Position numbers and translations under genes: made by a program. This document shows positions 21,017-30,289 of a DNA stretch of 64,000 bases, piece by piece (the stretch's first letter is position 1; each line of letters begins with the position of its first letter). The DNA comes from Candidatus Hydrogenedentota bacterium (GTDB taxonomy: Bacteria; Hydrogenedentota; Hydrogenedentia; Hydrogenedentales; SLHB01): the NCBI GenBank assembly GCA_029974275.1, contig JARKSN010000316.1:8125-72124 (forward strand), read 5' to 3'. The notes beneath the pieces were generated by a model. The model did no database searches, was not told the DNA's origin, and saw nothing but the letters and a program-made list of their open reading frames with translations.

Positions 21017-21567
21017 ACAAGAAGTTCAGTTTCAACGGCGGCGAGGAGTACGTTTCCACGCATTTCCCGAGTGAGTTGCGGGAAGTCATGCGTGTCATTG
21101 GCGCTGTCGACGCGGCGTTGCACAAGAACAAAGTGTCCAAAGAAAAGACAATGCCTGGACGCGTTCTGTTCAACCCGAGACAACTGAACAAGGCGTTCAA
21201 GACGAGTTTTGAAGAACGCGAATGGTCGACAACACGAGTGAAATGCCAGGACGTTGTTCTTGATAACAACGTGCATGTGCCGTTGCCCAGTGGGGCCTTT
21301 CGCGAGATGGATTTTGTGAAACACCGTTTGGGCGTTGAAGTGCAACTGGGCAAATACGCATTCATGGTATACAACGTCTGTGCCAAGATGACAATCTTTC
21401 ATAATCTCGATGTGATAGATGCGGGAATCGAGATCGTCCCGATGAAATCTTTGGCAGACGAAATGTCAACAGGCGTCTCTTATTTTGAGCAGATTGTCTG
21501 GGACCTCACACATCGTGGCGTCTCGGATATTGATATCCCGGTTCTGGTTTTGGGAATTTCTGATTAG
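21007..21567 (+). CDS. BglII/BstYI-family type II restriction endonuclease
   Basis: REMDFVK..LGVEVQLGKY (D...E-x-Q catalytic variant), DAGIEIVP, DIPVLVLGI; overlaps the MTase gene by 10 nt. Confidence 0.82.
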   Translation: MRVDKKFSFNGGEEYVSTHFPSELREVMRVIGAVDAALHKNKVSKEKTMPGRVLFNPRQLNKAFKTSFEEREWSTTRVKCQDVVLDNNVHVPLPSGAFREMDFVKHRLGVEVQLGKYAFMVYNVCAKMTIFHNLDVIDAGIEIVPMKSLADEMSTGVSYFEQIVWDLTHRGVSDIDIPVLVLGISD

Positions 21568-21609
21568 CTGTAAAGTTAGGGCGTTGCGTCAACGAACGTT
21601 GAGAGAGAT

Positions 21610-24165
21610 ATGGAAACACCAAACGAACGTGTAGTGCCGATTGCGATCGAGCAGGAGATGAAGACCTCGTTCATGGACTATTCCATGAGCGTGATTGTGA
21701 GCCGCGCGTTGCCGGACGTGCGCGACGGCTTGAAGCCGGTGCATCGACGCATTCTGTACACGATGCACGAGATGGGGCTGGTGCACAATCGCGGGTTTCG
21801 CAAGTCCGCGGCCATCGTCGGCGACGCGATGGGGAAATACCACCCGCACGGCGACTCGGCTATTTACGACACCCTCGTGCGCCTGGCGCAGCCATGGAAC
21901 ATGCGCTATCCGCTCGTGGACGGTCAGGGCAACTTTGGATCGGTCGACGGCGACAGCCCGGCTGCGATGCGGTACACCGAATCGCGCATGGCGGCGATCA
22001 CGTCGCAGATGCTGGCCGACATCGAAAAACAAACGGTTAACACGCAACCCAATTACGACGGGCGTCTGCAGGAACCCGTCGTGCTGCCGTCGGCCATTCC
22101 CAATCTACTGGTTAACGGCTCGTACGGCATTGCCGTGGGCATGGCGACGAGTTGCCCGCCGCACAATTTGCGCGAAGTCTGTGACGCGGTCGTGCATCTC
22201 ATTGACAATCCCAAGGCGACCGTCGCAGACATGATGCGCTTCGTCAAAGCGCCCGATTTCCCGACCGGCGGCATCATCTACGGGTGCGAAGGCTTGCCCG
22301 AGGCATACCGCACCGGACGCGGGCGCATCACCGTGCGCGCCAAGGTCGCCATTGAACACGACCAGCGCGCCAATCGGGATCGCATCATCGTCAAGGAACT
22401 GCCGTATCAGGTCAACAAGGCGCGCCTGATCGAAAACATCGCGGAGTTGGTCAACGCCAAGACGGTCGAGGGCATCACGGACTTGCGCGACGAGTCCGAC
22501 CGCGATGGGATGCGCGTCGTCATCGAAGTGCGCAAGGGCGATGAGCCTCAGGTCATCCTGAATCAGCTCTACAAACACACGCAGCTGCAAGAAAACGCGA
22601 GCATTTTGATGCTGGCGCTGGTGAACAATCAGCCGCGCGTGTTGTCGCTGCTGGAAATGGTCGGCTACTACGTCAAGCACCGCGCCGAGATCGTCCGCAA
22701 GCGCACCGAGTACGACCTGCGCCAAGCCGAGGCGCGCGCGCATATCGTCGAAGGACTGCTCAAGGCCATCGACCATATCGACGAAGTGATCGAGATCATA
22801 CGTTCGTCGGAAGACGCCGATCAGGCCCGCGTGCGATTGGGCGATCGCTTCGGTTTCACCGAGATTCAGGCCAACGCGATCCTCGCCATGCGCCTGCGCC
22901 GATTGACCGGTCTCGAACGCGAGGAGTTAGAGAAGGAATACGCCGACTTGCTCAAACAGATCGAGCACTTCCAGCGCATTCTGTCGAGCGAACGCACGAT
23001 TTTGGCCGAGGTCCGCCGCGAGATACTCGAAGTTCGGAACAAATACGGCGACGACCGCCGCACGATTATCTTGGGCGAGACCTCGGAATTCGCCATCGAA
23101 GATCTCATCGCCGACGAGAACATGGTCGTGACGGTGTCGAACCAAGGCTACATCAAGCGCGTGCCCGTCAGCACCTACCGCAAACAGCGGCGCGGCGGCA
23201 GGGGCGTTGCCGGCATGGAGACGAAGGAAGAAGACTTTGTGCGCGACCTGTTCATCGCGTCGGCGCACCAATACATGCTCTTCTTCACGAACCTCGGGCG
23301 CGTGTACTGGCGCAGGGTGCATGAATTGCCCAAGGCCAGCCGCACGGCCCGTGGTCGCGCGATCGTGAATGTGCTTGACCTCACGGGAGACGAACGCGTG
23401 ACGGCATGCTTGCCGGTGCGCGACCTCAAGGAAGAGGGCAAGTTCGTTTTCATGGTGACCGCCAACGGCACGATCAAGAAGACCGAACTCACCGCTTTCA
23501 GCAATCCGCGCGCGGCGGGCATTATCGCGATCGATCTCGACAAGGGCGACGATCTCATCGACGTGCAGATCACCTCGGGCAACGACAACATCCTGATCGC
23601 CACGTACAACGGTTTGGCGATTCGTTTTCCCGAAAAAGACGTCCGCTCCATGGGGCGCGGCGCGCGCGGCGTGATTGGCATTCGCCTGGAAAAAGGCGAT
23701 CGCGTGATCGGCGTTTCCATCGCCGAGGACGACATGACGGTTCTCAGTGTAACAGAAAGGGGCTTCGGCAAACGGACAAAGGTCGGCGAATACCGGCTGC
23801 AACACCGAGGCGGACAAGGTATCATCAACATCAAGACCAGCGACCGCAACGGCAACGTCGTGGGCATGCTCACCGTCGACGACGAAGACGAGATTGTCGT
23901 CGTCAGCACGGACGGCATCGTGATCCGCACGCCCGTCAAGGACATCCGCACGATAGGCCGCAACACGCAAGGCGTCAAGATCATGTCCCCGACCGAAGGC
24001 GCGCAGGTCAGCGCCGTCGCCCGCGCATTGGCCGAAAGCAAGGAAGAACACCTGACGGAAACCGCCGCGACCTTGGGCGAAGCGCAGCAAATTTCGCCCG
24101 GTTTGTCGACGCAAGACGATGAGAACGGTCTTTTTTCCGAAACGGACGAAGACGAAAACGCGTGA
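21610..24165 (+). CDS. gyrA: DNA gyrase subunit A
   Basis: [29 protein letters not shown] (catalytic Tyr), GyrA-box QRRGGRG, acidic tail. Confidence 0.98.
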   Translation: METPNERVVPIAIEQEMKTSFMDYSMSVIVSRALPDVRDGLKPVHRRILYTMHEMGLVHNRGFRKSAAIVGDAMGKYHPHGDSAIYDTLVRLAQPWNMRYPLVDGQGNFGSVDGDSPAAMRYTESRMAAITSQMLADIEKQTVNTQPNYDGRLQEPVVLPSAIPNLLVNGSYGIAVGMATSCPPHNLREVCDAVVHLIDNPKATVADMMRFVKAPDFPTGGIIYGCEGLPEAYRTGRGRITVRAKVAIEHDQRANRDRIIVKELPYQVNKARLIENIAELVNAKTVEGITDLRDESDRDGMRVVIEVRKGDEPQVILNQLYKHTQLQENASILMLALVNNQPRVLSLLEMVGYYVKHRAEIVRKRTEYDLRQAEARAHIVEGLLKAIDHIDEVIEIIRSSEDADQARVRLGDRFGFTEIQANAILAMRLRRLTGLEREELEKEYADLLKQIEHFQRILSSERTILAEVRREILEVRNKYGDDRRTIILGETSEFAIEDLIADENMVVTVSNQGYIKRVPVSTYRKQRRGGRGVAGMETKEEDFVRDLFIASAHQYMLFFTNLGRVYWRRVHELPKASRTARGRAIVNVLDLTGDERVTACLPVRDLKEEGKFVFMVTANGTIKKTELTAFSNPRAAGIIAIDLDKGDDLIDVQITSGNDNILIATYNGLAIRFPEKDVRSMGRGARGVIGIRLEKGDRVIGVSIAEDDMTVLSVTERGFGKRTKVGEYRLQHRGGQGIINIKTSDRNGNVVGMLTVDDEDEIVVVSTDGIVIRTPVKDIRTIGRNTQGVKIMSPTEGAQVSAVARALAESKEEHLTETAATLGEAQQISPGLSTQDDENGLFSETDEDENA

Positions 24166-24255
24166 GTCTTTTTCCCTTGCGTCCGCGCAATGTTGGACTT
24201 TGACGGACGAGGTGTGATAGTCTAATCATGTTTGGCATAGCCGAACGAAACGAGG

Positions 24256-24331
24256 GCGCTCGTAGCTCAGGGGATAGAGCACTAGCCTCCGGAGCTAGGT
24301 GTCGCAGGTTCGAATCCTGCCGAGCGCGCCA
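24256..24331 (+). tRNA. tRNA-Arg (anticodon CCG)
   Basis: Cloverleaf: acceptor GCGCTCG/CGAGCGC, D arm GCTC/GAGC, anticodon arm CTAGC-CTCCGGA-GCTAG, T arm GCAGG-TTCGAAT-CCTGC, encoded CCA. Confidence 0.97.
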
Positions 24332-24335
24332 TTCT

Positions 24336-24368
24336 CTATTCCAGCCCCCAGAGCGAGGGCGGGAATAG
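24336..24368 (+). terminator. Hairpin after tRNA-Arg (terminator-like)
   Basis: CTATTCCAGCCC...GGGCGGGAATAG inverted repeat; no clear U tract. Confidence 0.4.
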
Positions 24369-24578
24369 TACGAGTAGCGGAAACGTTTTGATAATGTCGG
24401 GGTATTACCATGACTATGGCGCGCCGATCCCCTGCCCGCCATTGACGCGAGAGTCGGGGGGGCAAAGACAGTCTCGGATAGGGGCGTGTTTCACGGCGGT
24501 GGCTCTGTTTGTCACCAGAGACCGTGGCCCCTTTGTAGATAAAGCGGAAACGAAAAGAAGAATAGTGCGGAGGAGACC

Positions 24579-25106
24579 ATGAACAGCAAACGCGGTTTCG
24601 TATTCACAGTCCTTGCGGCAAGCCTGATTTTGATGCTGGCGTTGGGAACGGGTTGCGCCAGCAAAAAACAGCCCAAAATCACGCCGACCCCTGGCCCGGC
24701 AGTCGAGCAGCAAGGAAGCGGCGATGGACAGCCGGACATCGACGTAACCAGCAAAATGTGGGTGCCTTTTGAAGGCCTGTCGACGGTGCACTTCGATTAT
24801 AATAAATACGATCTGCGCGCCGACACCCGCGCCAAGCTCAACAAAAATGCGGAGCTTATCAAGGCCCAGCCGGACGTCCTGGTCCAGATCGAAGGCCACT
24901 GCGACGAACGCGGCACCCAGGAATACAACCTGGCCCTCGGCGAGAAACGCGCCCTGGCCGTCCGCGACTACCTGGTGAAACTTGGCATCTCCGGCGATCG
25001 CATCGTCACCATCAGCTACGGCGAAGAAAAGCCGGTCGACGGCGGTCACGACGAAGCCGCTTGGTCGAAGAATCGCCGGTGCGAGTTCAACAAGGCCGCG
25101 CGATAA
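24579..25106 (+). CDS. pal: Peptidoglycan-associated lipoprotein Pal
   Basis: Lipobox GTGC, VHFDYNK, IEGHCDERGTQEYNLALGEKRA, SYGEEKP, NRR. Confidence 0.95.
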   Translation: MNSKRGFVFTVLAASLILMLALGTGCASKKQPKITPTPGPAVEQQGSGDGQPDIDVTSKMWVPFEGLSTVHFDYNKYDLRADTRAKLNKNAELIKAQPDVLVQIEGHCDERGTQEYNLALGEKRALAVRDYLVKLGISGDRIVTISYGEEKPVDGGHDEAAWSKNRRCEFNKAAR

Positions 25107-25149
25107 GCGTCTTTCGGGCCAACGTGGCTGACGAAACGAGGGGAACAAG

Positions 25150-26076
25150 ATGGACGCGTGGATGAAAAGAGCGGTGACGACTCTGGCCGTGCTCGTTCTG
25201 GCGGGATGCGCCACCGACAACCGGGAAGTCATCAACAGCACGTACCGCAGCGTTAGGAACCTTGAGAAAAACACGTCAACCTCGGTTGACCAGTTGAACA
25301 AGGCCACCGCGGACCTGTCGACGCGTCTGGATTCGAGCGACCAGGAGACGCGCGAACTAAAGGGCATGGTTCAGGAAACCCAGGCCAAGCTCGATAAAAT
25401 CGACGCCAAGCTCAACGAGTTGACCCGAAATCTCTACAAACTCAGCGGGTTGACGCCTCCCCCCGGGGCGGCGTCAACCTCGCCGCAGAGCGTCCTCGTC
25501 GATTCGATCAAGGTGGAAGACCAGCCCGCGCCCCTTTCGTCCGTGCCGACCTCCGCCCCGCCCGTCCAAACGAGCCCCCAGGCGGCCCCCGCTGCGGTTC
25601 CGACCGTTCCCGAGCCCAGCGAGGAAAAAATCCTCGCGGAAACTCCTACGCCGTCGGCTCCCGCCGCACAGCCCGAAGCGCCCCTTTCAGCAGACAGCGC
25701 CGTGGCCGAATACAATCAGGCGATGAAGTCATTCAAAGCCAATGACTTTGGCGCTGCCGCGCAACAATTCGGCGATTTCGTGAAAAAGTACCCGAACACC
25801 GAAAATTCGGCCAACGCCCAATTCTGGAAGGCCCAGAGCATCGACAAGCTTGGCAAAGCGGAAGAAGCCATCCGAGAATATGAAAAAGTCAAGGCTTCCT
25901 ATCCGACAAGCCCCAAGGTTCCCGTGGCGATGTACAAACAAGCTGGCGCCTACCTCAATCTTGGACAGAGGCAGCGAGCGATAGACCTCCTGAAACAACT
26001 GGTGGAAAACTATCCAATGCACAACGCAGCCGTCTTGGCTAAGAGCGAGTTGCAAAAGCTTCAAGCTCAGAATTGA
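25150..26076 (+). CDS. cpoB: Tol-Pal associated CpoB/YbgF-like TPR lipoprotein
   Basis: LAGC lipobox, coiled coil, Pro-rich linker, TPRs (F..FVKKYP...ANAQFW, YP.S.KVP.AMYK); follows pal. Confidence 0.85.
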   Translation: MDAWMKRAVTTLAVLVLAGCATDNREVINSTYRSVRNLEKNTSTSVDQLNKATADLSTRLDSSDQETRELKGMVQETQAKLDKIDAKLNELTRNLYKLSGLTPPPGAASTSPQSVLVDSIKVEDQPAPLSSVPTSAPPVQTSPQAAPAAVPTVPEPSEEKILAETPTPSAPAAQPEAPLSADSAVAEYNQAMKSFKANDFGAAAQQFGDFVKKYPNTENSANAQFWKAQSIDKLGKAEEAIREYEKVKASYPTSPKVPVAMYKQAGAYLNLGQRQRAIDLLKQLVENYPMHNAAVLAKSELQKLQAQN

Positions 26077-26196
26077 CGTTTCCGGAAGCCATTGAATCCA
26101 TGGCGACCCACGCGCGCGGGAGTGTCCCTTCCGCGCGCGTTTTTCCAATACGCGGCAGAACTGTGCCTAGAACGACCCCGGGAGGCATGCACCCTC

Positions 26197-27207
26197 ATGC
26201 GGCATTACCTAGGATTGGACGCGGGCGGAACCAAGACGCATTGCCTCGTCGCCAACGAACGAGGCGACATACTCGGATTTGGCGCCGCTGGATCAGGCAA
26301 TTACGAATGCCTCGGCATTGAACCCGCCGCTACGGAAAACCGCAAGGCCGTCCAAACGGCCCTTGCCGAAGCCCAATGTGCACTGCAAGACATCTCAAGC
26401 ATCGGCATGGGCATTGCCGGAGCCGACTTGCCCGAAGACTACGACATGCTCGAACGCGAGATATACACCCCGCTTTTCGGCGCGACCCGCCGGACATTTC
26501 GCAACGATTCAATGGCAGGACTGCGCGGCGGCACTCGCCACCCCAGCGGCATTGTCATCGCCTGCGGAACAGGATGCGTGTGTGCAGGCCGCAGTCGCAG
26601 CGGACAGGAAGTCCGCGTCGGCGGACTCGGCGACAAATCGGGGGATGAGTGCACAGGATCCGAAATAGGACGCATCGCCCTTCGCCGAGTTTGGCAGGCC
26701 CGAGAGGGAATCATTCCGCCCACGATCCTGACCGACAAGTTCGTCGCCCGAGCCGAATGCGCCCATGTCGACGATCTGTTCTATCGCATGTACCGCGGAC
26801 AACTCGACGAAAGAGCCCTCGAGCCCATGGCCAAGCTCGTATTCGACGCCGCGCTTGAAGGCGACGCGGCCTCCTGTGATATCCTAGAACACGGCGGCCG
26901 GTACCTCGGGATGATGGTGAACGCTGCGGCGCGATCCCTCGGCGTAACCCAGGAAGCTTTCGAAGTGGTTATGGCGGGCAGCGTATTCAAGGGATCAAGC
27001 CCCATCTTGATCGACGCCATGCGCACGGCGATTCATCGGGTCTCGCCCCATGCCGCGCTGGTCATGCCCTTGTTCGAGCCCGTGGTGGGCGCTTTGTTGA
27101 TGGGCATGGATATGGACGGAGCCGTGACGGACGAGGTGTACGACAACCTTGCCAGGAGCCTCGGGGAAGCCGAGAAACGCTATCACGTCCGGCTGAAGGC
27201 GGAATAA
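26197..27207 (+). CDS. BadF/BadG/BcrA/BcrD-family kinase (GlcNAc/MurNAc kinase-like)
   Basis: YLGLDAGGTKT, GIAGAD, NDS, CGTG, VMAGSVF. Confidence 0.85.
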   Translation: MRHYLGLDAGGTKTHCLVANERGDILGFGAAGSGNYECLGIEPAATENRKAVQTALAEAQCALQDISSIGMGIAGADLPEDYDMLEREIYTPLFGATRRTFRNDSMAGLRGGTRHPSGIVIACGTGCVCAGRSRSGQEVRVGGLGDKSGDECTGSEIGRIALRRVWQAREGIIPPTILTDKFVARAECAHVDDLFYRMYRGQLDERALEPMAKLVFDAALEGDAASCDILEHGGRYLGMMVNAAARSLGVTQEAFEVVMAGSVFKGSSPILIDAMRTAIHRVSPHAALVMPLFEPVVGALLMGMDMDGAVTDEVYDNLARSLGEAEKRYHVRLKAE

Positions 27208-27211
27208 CAAC

Positions 27212-28411
27212 ATGAAGATGCAACGTGGGCGCAAAATTCATTGGACGTGGGCACTAGCCGGGGCCATCCTCGCCCTGTACGTGACCGGTTGTAGCCCGCA
27301 GCCCTCCCCCAAGAACGATGACGACTTCCTCGAGCGCATAAAGAGCGAAACATCGGCGAATCCTTCCATCGCCCAGGAAGGAGTGGGGGCGTTGCCCCCG
27401 GCGGCGGCCAGTCCTTCGAACGCCGCGCCCGCTATCGAATTGAACGCCTCCACCGTCGACCTAGGCGTCGTTCCCAACGACAACTACTATGTGACAACCG
27501 TCCCCGTATACAATCGCGGCGCAGCGGACCTGGTGATAGGCGATGTGCAGACCACCTGCGCCTGCACGATGGGAAAAATGAAAGAGGCCACGATCAAGCC
27601 CGGTTCCCAAGGCGAACTGGAGATCACCATCGTTCCCTACAAAATCCCCGGATTTTCCTCGCAGAAAACCCTGATTATTCTCTCAAACGATCCCAAGCAC
27701 CCCCGTCTGAGCTTGGAAGTGCATTGCAAAGTCGATCCCGAATTCGAAGTCGAGCCAAGTGAAATCGTGTGGGGAAAAATCCAAAAAGGCGAACGTGCGG
27801 AATCCATTCTCCATTTCCGCGCCCTTCAAAACGTCAAAATCGCAGGACAGCCGGACCAGCCCGTCACCGTGGGCGGAGTCACCGCCATTGGACAGCCCCG
27901 CGGTTTGTCGTCCGAGATCGAACCACTTCCCGAAGACGCGTGGACCGCTCCGGGCCTGCCGGAATACCGGATACGCCTTATGCTGGATACGACCGAACTG
28001 CCGTTGGGCGCCTACGCGGCGTCCTTTCAAATCGTCACCTCCGCGCCGCGCGTGCCGCGTTTCATGAGCGGCGTCAAGGCCGAAATCGTCTCCTTCTACG
28101 CAATCGCCCCCCCCACGATCACCGTTCAGAAAATACAACCCGGGGAGACTATCAAGGACGCCGCCGTCATTTCCTCGCAAAGCCAAGCGTTCGAGTTGAA
28201 GGACGTCGCCGTTGGTGGCGATAGCTTGACCGTTGCGACCCGTCCCGGGCCTTCGCCCAACAGCGTTGCGATCGATCTGACCGCGGCGCCAAACGCCCTG
28301 GAAGGGCACAAACAGGAAACCATTACATTCACACTGTCGTCAGGCGACGAGACCTTGAAGGACTCCATCCGCGTTTTCGCGATAGTCTCGAAATCGCCAA
28401 CGACCCCATAG
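27212..28411 (+). CDS. DUF1573-domain lipoprotein with Ig-like repeats
   Basis: VTGC lipobox; N.G...LVI..VQTTCACT...I.PG....L....SNDP. Confidence 0.75.
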   Translation: MKMQRGRKIHWTWALAGAILALYVTGCSPQPSPKNDDDFLERIKSETSANPSIAQEGVGALPPAAASPSNAAPAIELNASTVDLGVVPNDNYYVTTVPVYNRGAADLVIGDVQTTCACTMGKMKEATIKPGSQGELEITIVPYKIPGFSSQKTLIILSNDPKHPRLSLEVHCKVDPEFEVEPSEIVWGKIQKGERAESILHFRALQNVKIAGQPDQPVTVGGVTAIGQPRGLSSEIEPLPEDAWTAPGLPEYRIRLMLDTTELPLGAYAASFQIVTSAPRVPRFMSGVKAEIVSFYAIAPPTITVQKIQPGETIKDAAVISSQSQAFELKDVAVGGDSLTVATRPGPSPNSVAIDLTAAPNALEGHKQETITFTLSSGDETLKDSIRVFAIVSKSPTTP

Positions 28412-28452
28412 CCGTTATCTCAGCCAACGCACAATCGCAGGAGATCCACGCC

Positions 28453-28836
28453 ATGGCCTTGTTCGGACGGCGAGACAAAGATGCCGCGAAGACCGCTGCG
28501 CCGGCAGGTCTGCGCCCCACAATGGGCCGGATCGCCTACTGCCGCGTCTGCGCCAAGGACCAACCGATGACCCGCTGTTGGATGCGCACCGCCTATCTTG
28601 TCCAGTGCATGTGCTGCGGCCTCGCCTTCGAGGACCCTGCCGCGTTGTATCGCCGCAATCAGCCGGCTTGTCCCCGTTGCGGCGAATTCCTGGAACACCC
28701 CGGTTTTGAATACGGACTGTGCGACGGGTGTGGATCGAAGTACGAGCTCGTGAGCGGCGCCAAGCCCGGCCTGCTGCCCAATAAGCGCCAGCGCGATGAA
28801 ATGAGCAAACAAGGGAAAGCTTGGAGCAGATACTGA
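28453..28836 (+). CDS. Multi-CxxC zinc-ribbon protein, unknown function
   Basis: CRVC, CMCC, CPRC, CDGC; AGGAG RBS; ends 1 nt before the next gene. Confidence 0.75.
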   Translation: MALFGRRDKDAAKTAAPAGLRPTMGRIAYCRVCAKDQPMTRCWMRTAYLVQCMCCGLAFEDPAALYRRNQPACPRCGEFLEHPGFEYGLCDGCGSKYELVSGAKPGLLPNKRQRDEMSKQGKAWSRY

Positions 28837-28837
28837 C

Positions 28838-30286
28838 ATGCTGACGAACGAAATCAGGGATCGCCTTCAACGGCACGGGCAAGAGCGAGTGCTTCGGTTC
28901 TGGGACCGCCTTGACGACGAGGCCTGCGGGACGCTGGGCGCGCAGCTGGCGACCATAGATTTTGAACTTATGGATCGGCTCATCGAGAAATGGATTCGCA
29001 ACACGCCGTCCGCGGAAAGATTCAACGCCATCGATCCGGTGCCGCTGATTCCCGAGGCCGATCTTTCGCGACCGGACGCCCGCGAGGCCTGCGCCGCTGG
29101 CGAAGACGCCCTGCGCCAGGGACGCGTAGGGTTGATCCTCGTTGCCGGCGGACAAGGAACCCGTCTGGGTTTTAGCGGCCCCAAAGGTTCTTACCCCATT
29201 GGCCCCATTTCCGGGCGCAGTCTCTTCGCGTATCATGCGGAGAAGATACGCAATCTGCAACGCCGGTATGCCTGCACGCTGCCATGGTACATCATGGTTA
29301 GCGCCGCCAACCGCGCCGCCACCGAGGCTTTTTTCCGCGAACACGACTATTTCGGCTTGCGCGTCCAAGACATCCGCTTTTTCCAGCAACGCATGATCCC
29401 GTGCGTCGACGACAATGGCGCCTTCATGCTCGACGCTCCCGGGCGGCTTGCCATGAACCCCAATGGCCACGGAGGCTGCATTCCCGCGATGGTCGAGAGC
29501 GGAATTACGAAAGACGCCCGGGAACGCGGCGTTGACACGCTCAGCTATTTCCAAGTCGACAACTGGGCGGCCAAGGTCGCCGATCCATTTTTCATCGGCT
29601 ACCATGTCCTTCGCGGCGGCGAAATGTCCTCGAAGATCAACCGTCGCAACGGACCCCGCGAAGCCGTCGGCGTCCACTGCCTATGCGACGGCGAATACCG
29701 CGTCATCGAATACTCCGAACTCGATATCTATCCGCAACTCTTGGAACTCGATGCTCATGGGAAGCCGGTCTACCTTGCCGGCAATCCCGCGATTCACATC
29801 CTTTCCGTGCCGTTTATCGAACGGGTATCTCACAATTTCCGCGAATTCCCGTGGCACTTGGCGCATAAAAAGATCGCCTGCATCGATGACGCCGGCGTGC
29901 GCATTGTCCCGGACAAGCCCAACGGCTACAAGTTCGAGACCTTTGTGTTCGACGCCCTCCGCTTCATTCGCCACGAGCCAATCGCATTGCTGATTCGCCG
30001 TGACGGCGAGTACACCCCCACGAAACAGTTCGAAGGAGACAACAGCGTTACGGCTGCGCGCGCGAGCATGGCCCGCTTCTGGGGCGAATGGCTCGACGAG
30101 GCCGGCGTCGCGACGCCGCGCGACGGACAGGGCAACGTCGCCGTGGACATCGAGATCAGTCCCGACTTCGCTTATTCGAAAGAGGAATTCATGGATCGCA
30201 TGAAAGGCTGCACTCTGGACATCAACGGCGGCATTTCCATTTCCGCCGACGGTTCCATCGAATACGCCGACAACAGGCGCGCGTGA
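28838..30286 (+). CDS. UDP-N-acetylhexosamine pyrophosphorylase, UAP1/UDPGP type-1 family
   Basis: LVAGGQGTRLG..GPKG, PNGHGG, QVDN, EAVGV, IEYSE, KFETFVFD. Confidence 0.9.
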   Translation: MLTNEIRDRLQRHGQERVLRFWDRLDDEACGTLGAQLATIDFELMDRLIEKWIRNTPSAERFNAIDPVPLIPEADLSRPDAREACAAGEDALRQGRVGLILVAGGQGTRLGFSGPKGSYPIGPISGRSLFAYHAEKIRNLQRRYACTLPWYIMVSAANRAATEAFFREHDYFGLRVQDIRFFQQRMIPCVDDNGAFMLDAPGRLAMNPNGHGGCIPAMVESGITKDARERGVDTLSYFQVDNWAAKVADPFFIGYHVLRGGEMSSKINRRNGPREAVGVHCLCDGEYRVIEYSELDIYPQLLELDAHGKPVYLAGNPAIHILSVPFIERVSHNFREFPWHLAHKKIACIDDAGVRIVPDKPNGYKFETFVFDALRFIRHEPIALLIRRDGEYTPTKQFEGDNSVTAARASMARFWGEWLDEAGVATPRDGQGNVAVDIEISPDFAYSKEEFMDRMKGCTLDINGGISISADGSIEYADNRRA

Positions 30287-30289
30287 CGG

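Noticed and set aside
24370..24578. Riboswitch (c-di-GMP-like GGCAAA) in the pal leader
   Set aside because: Only isolated hairpins; the GNRA loop/receptor architecture is not recognisable. An Rfam scan would settle it.
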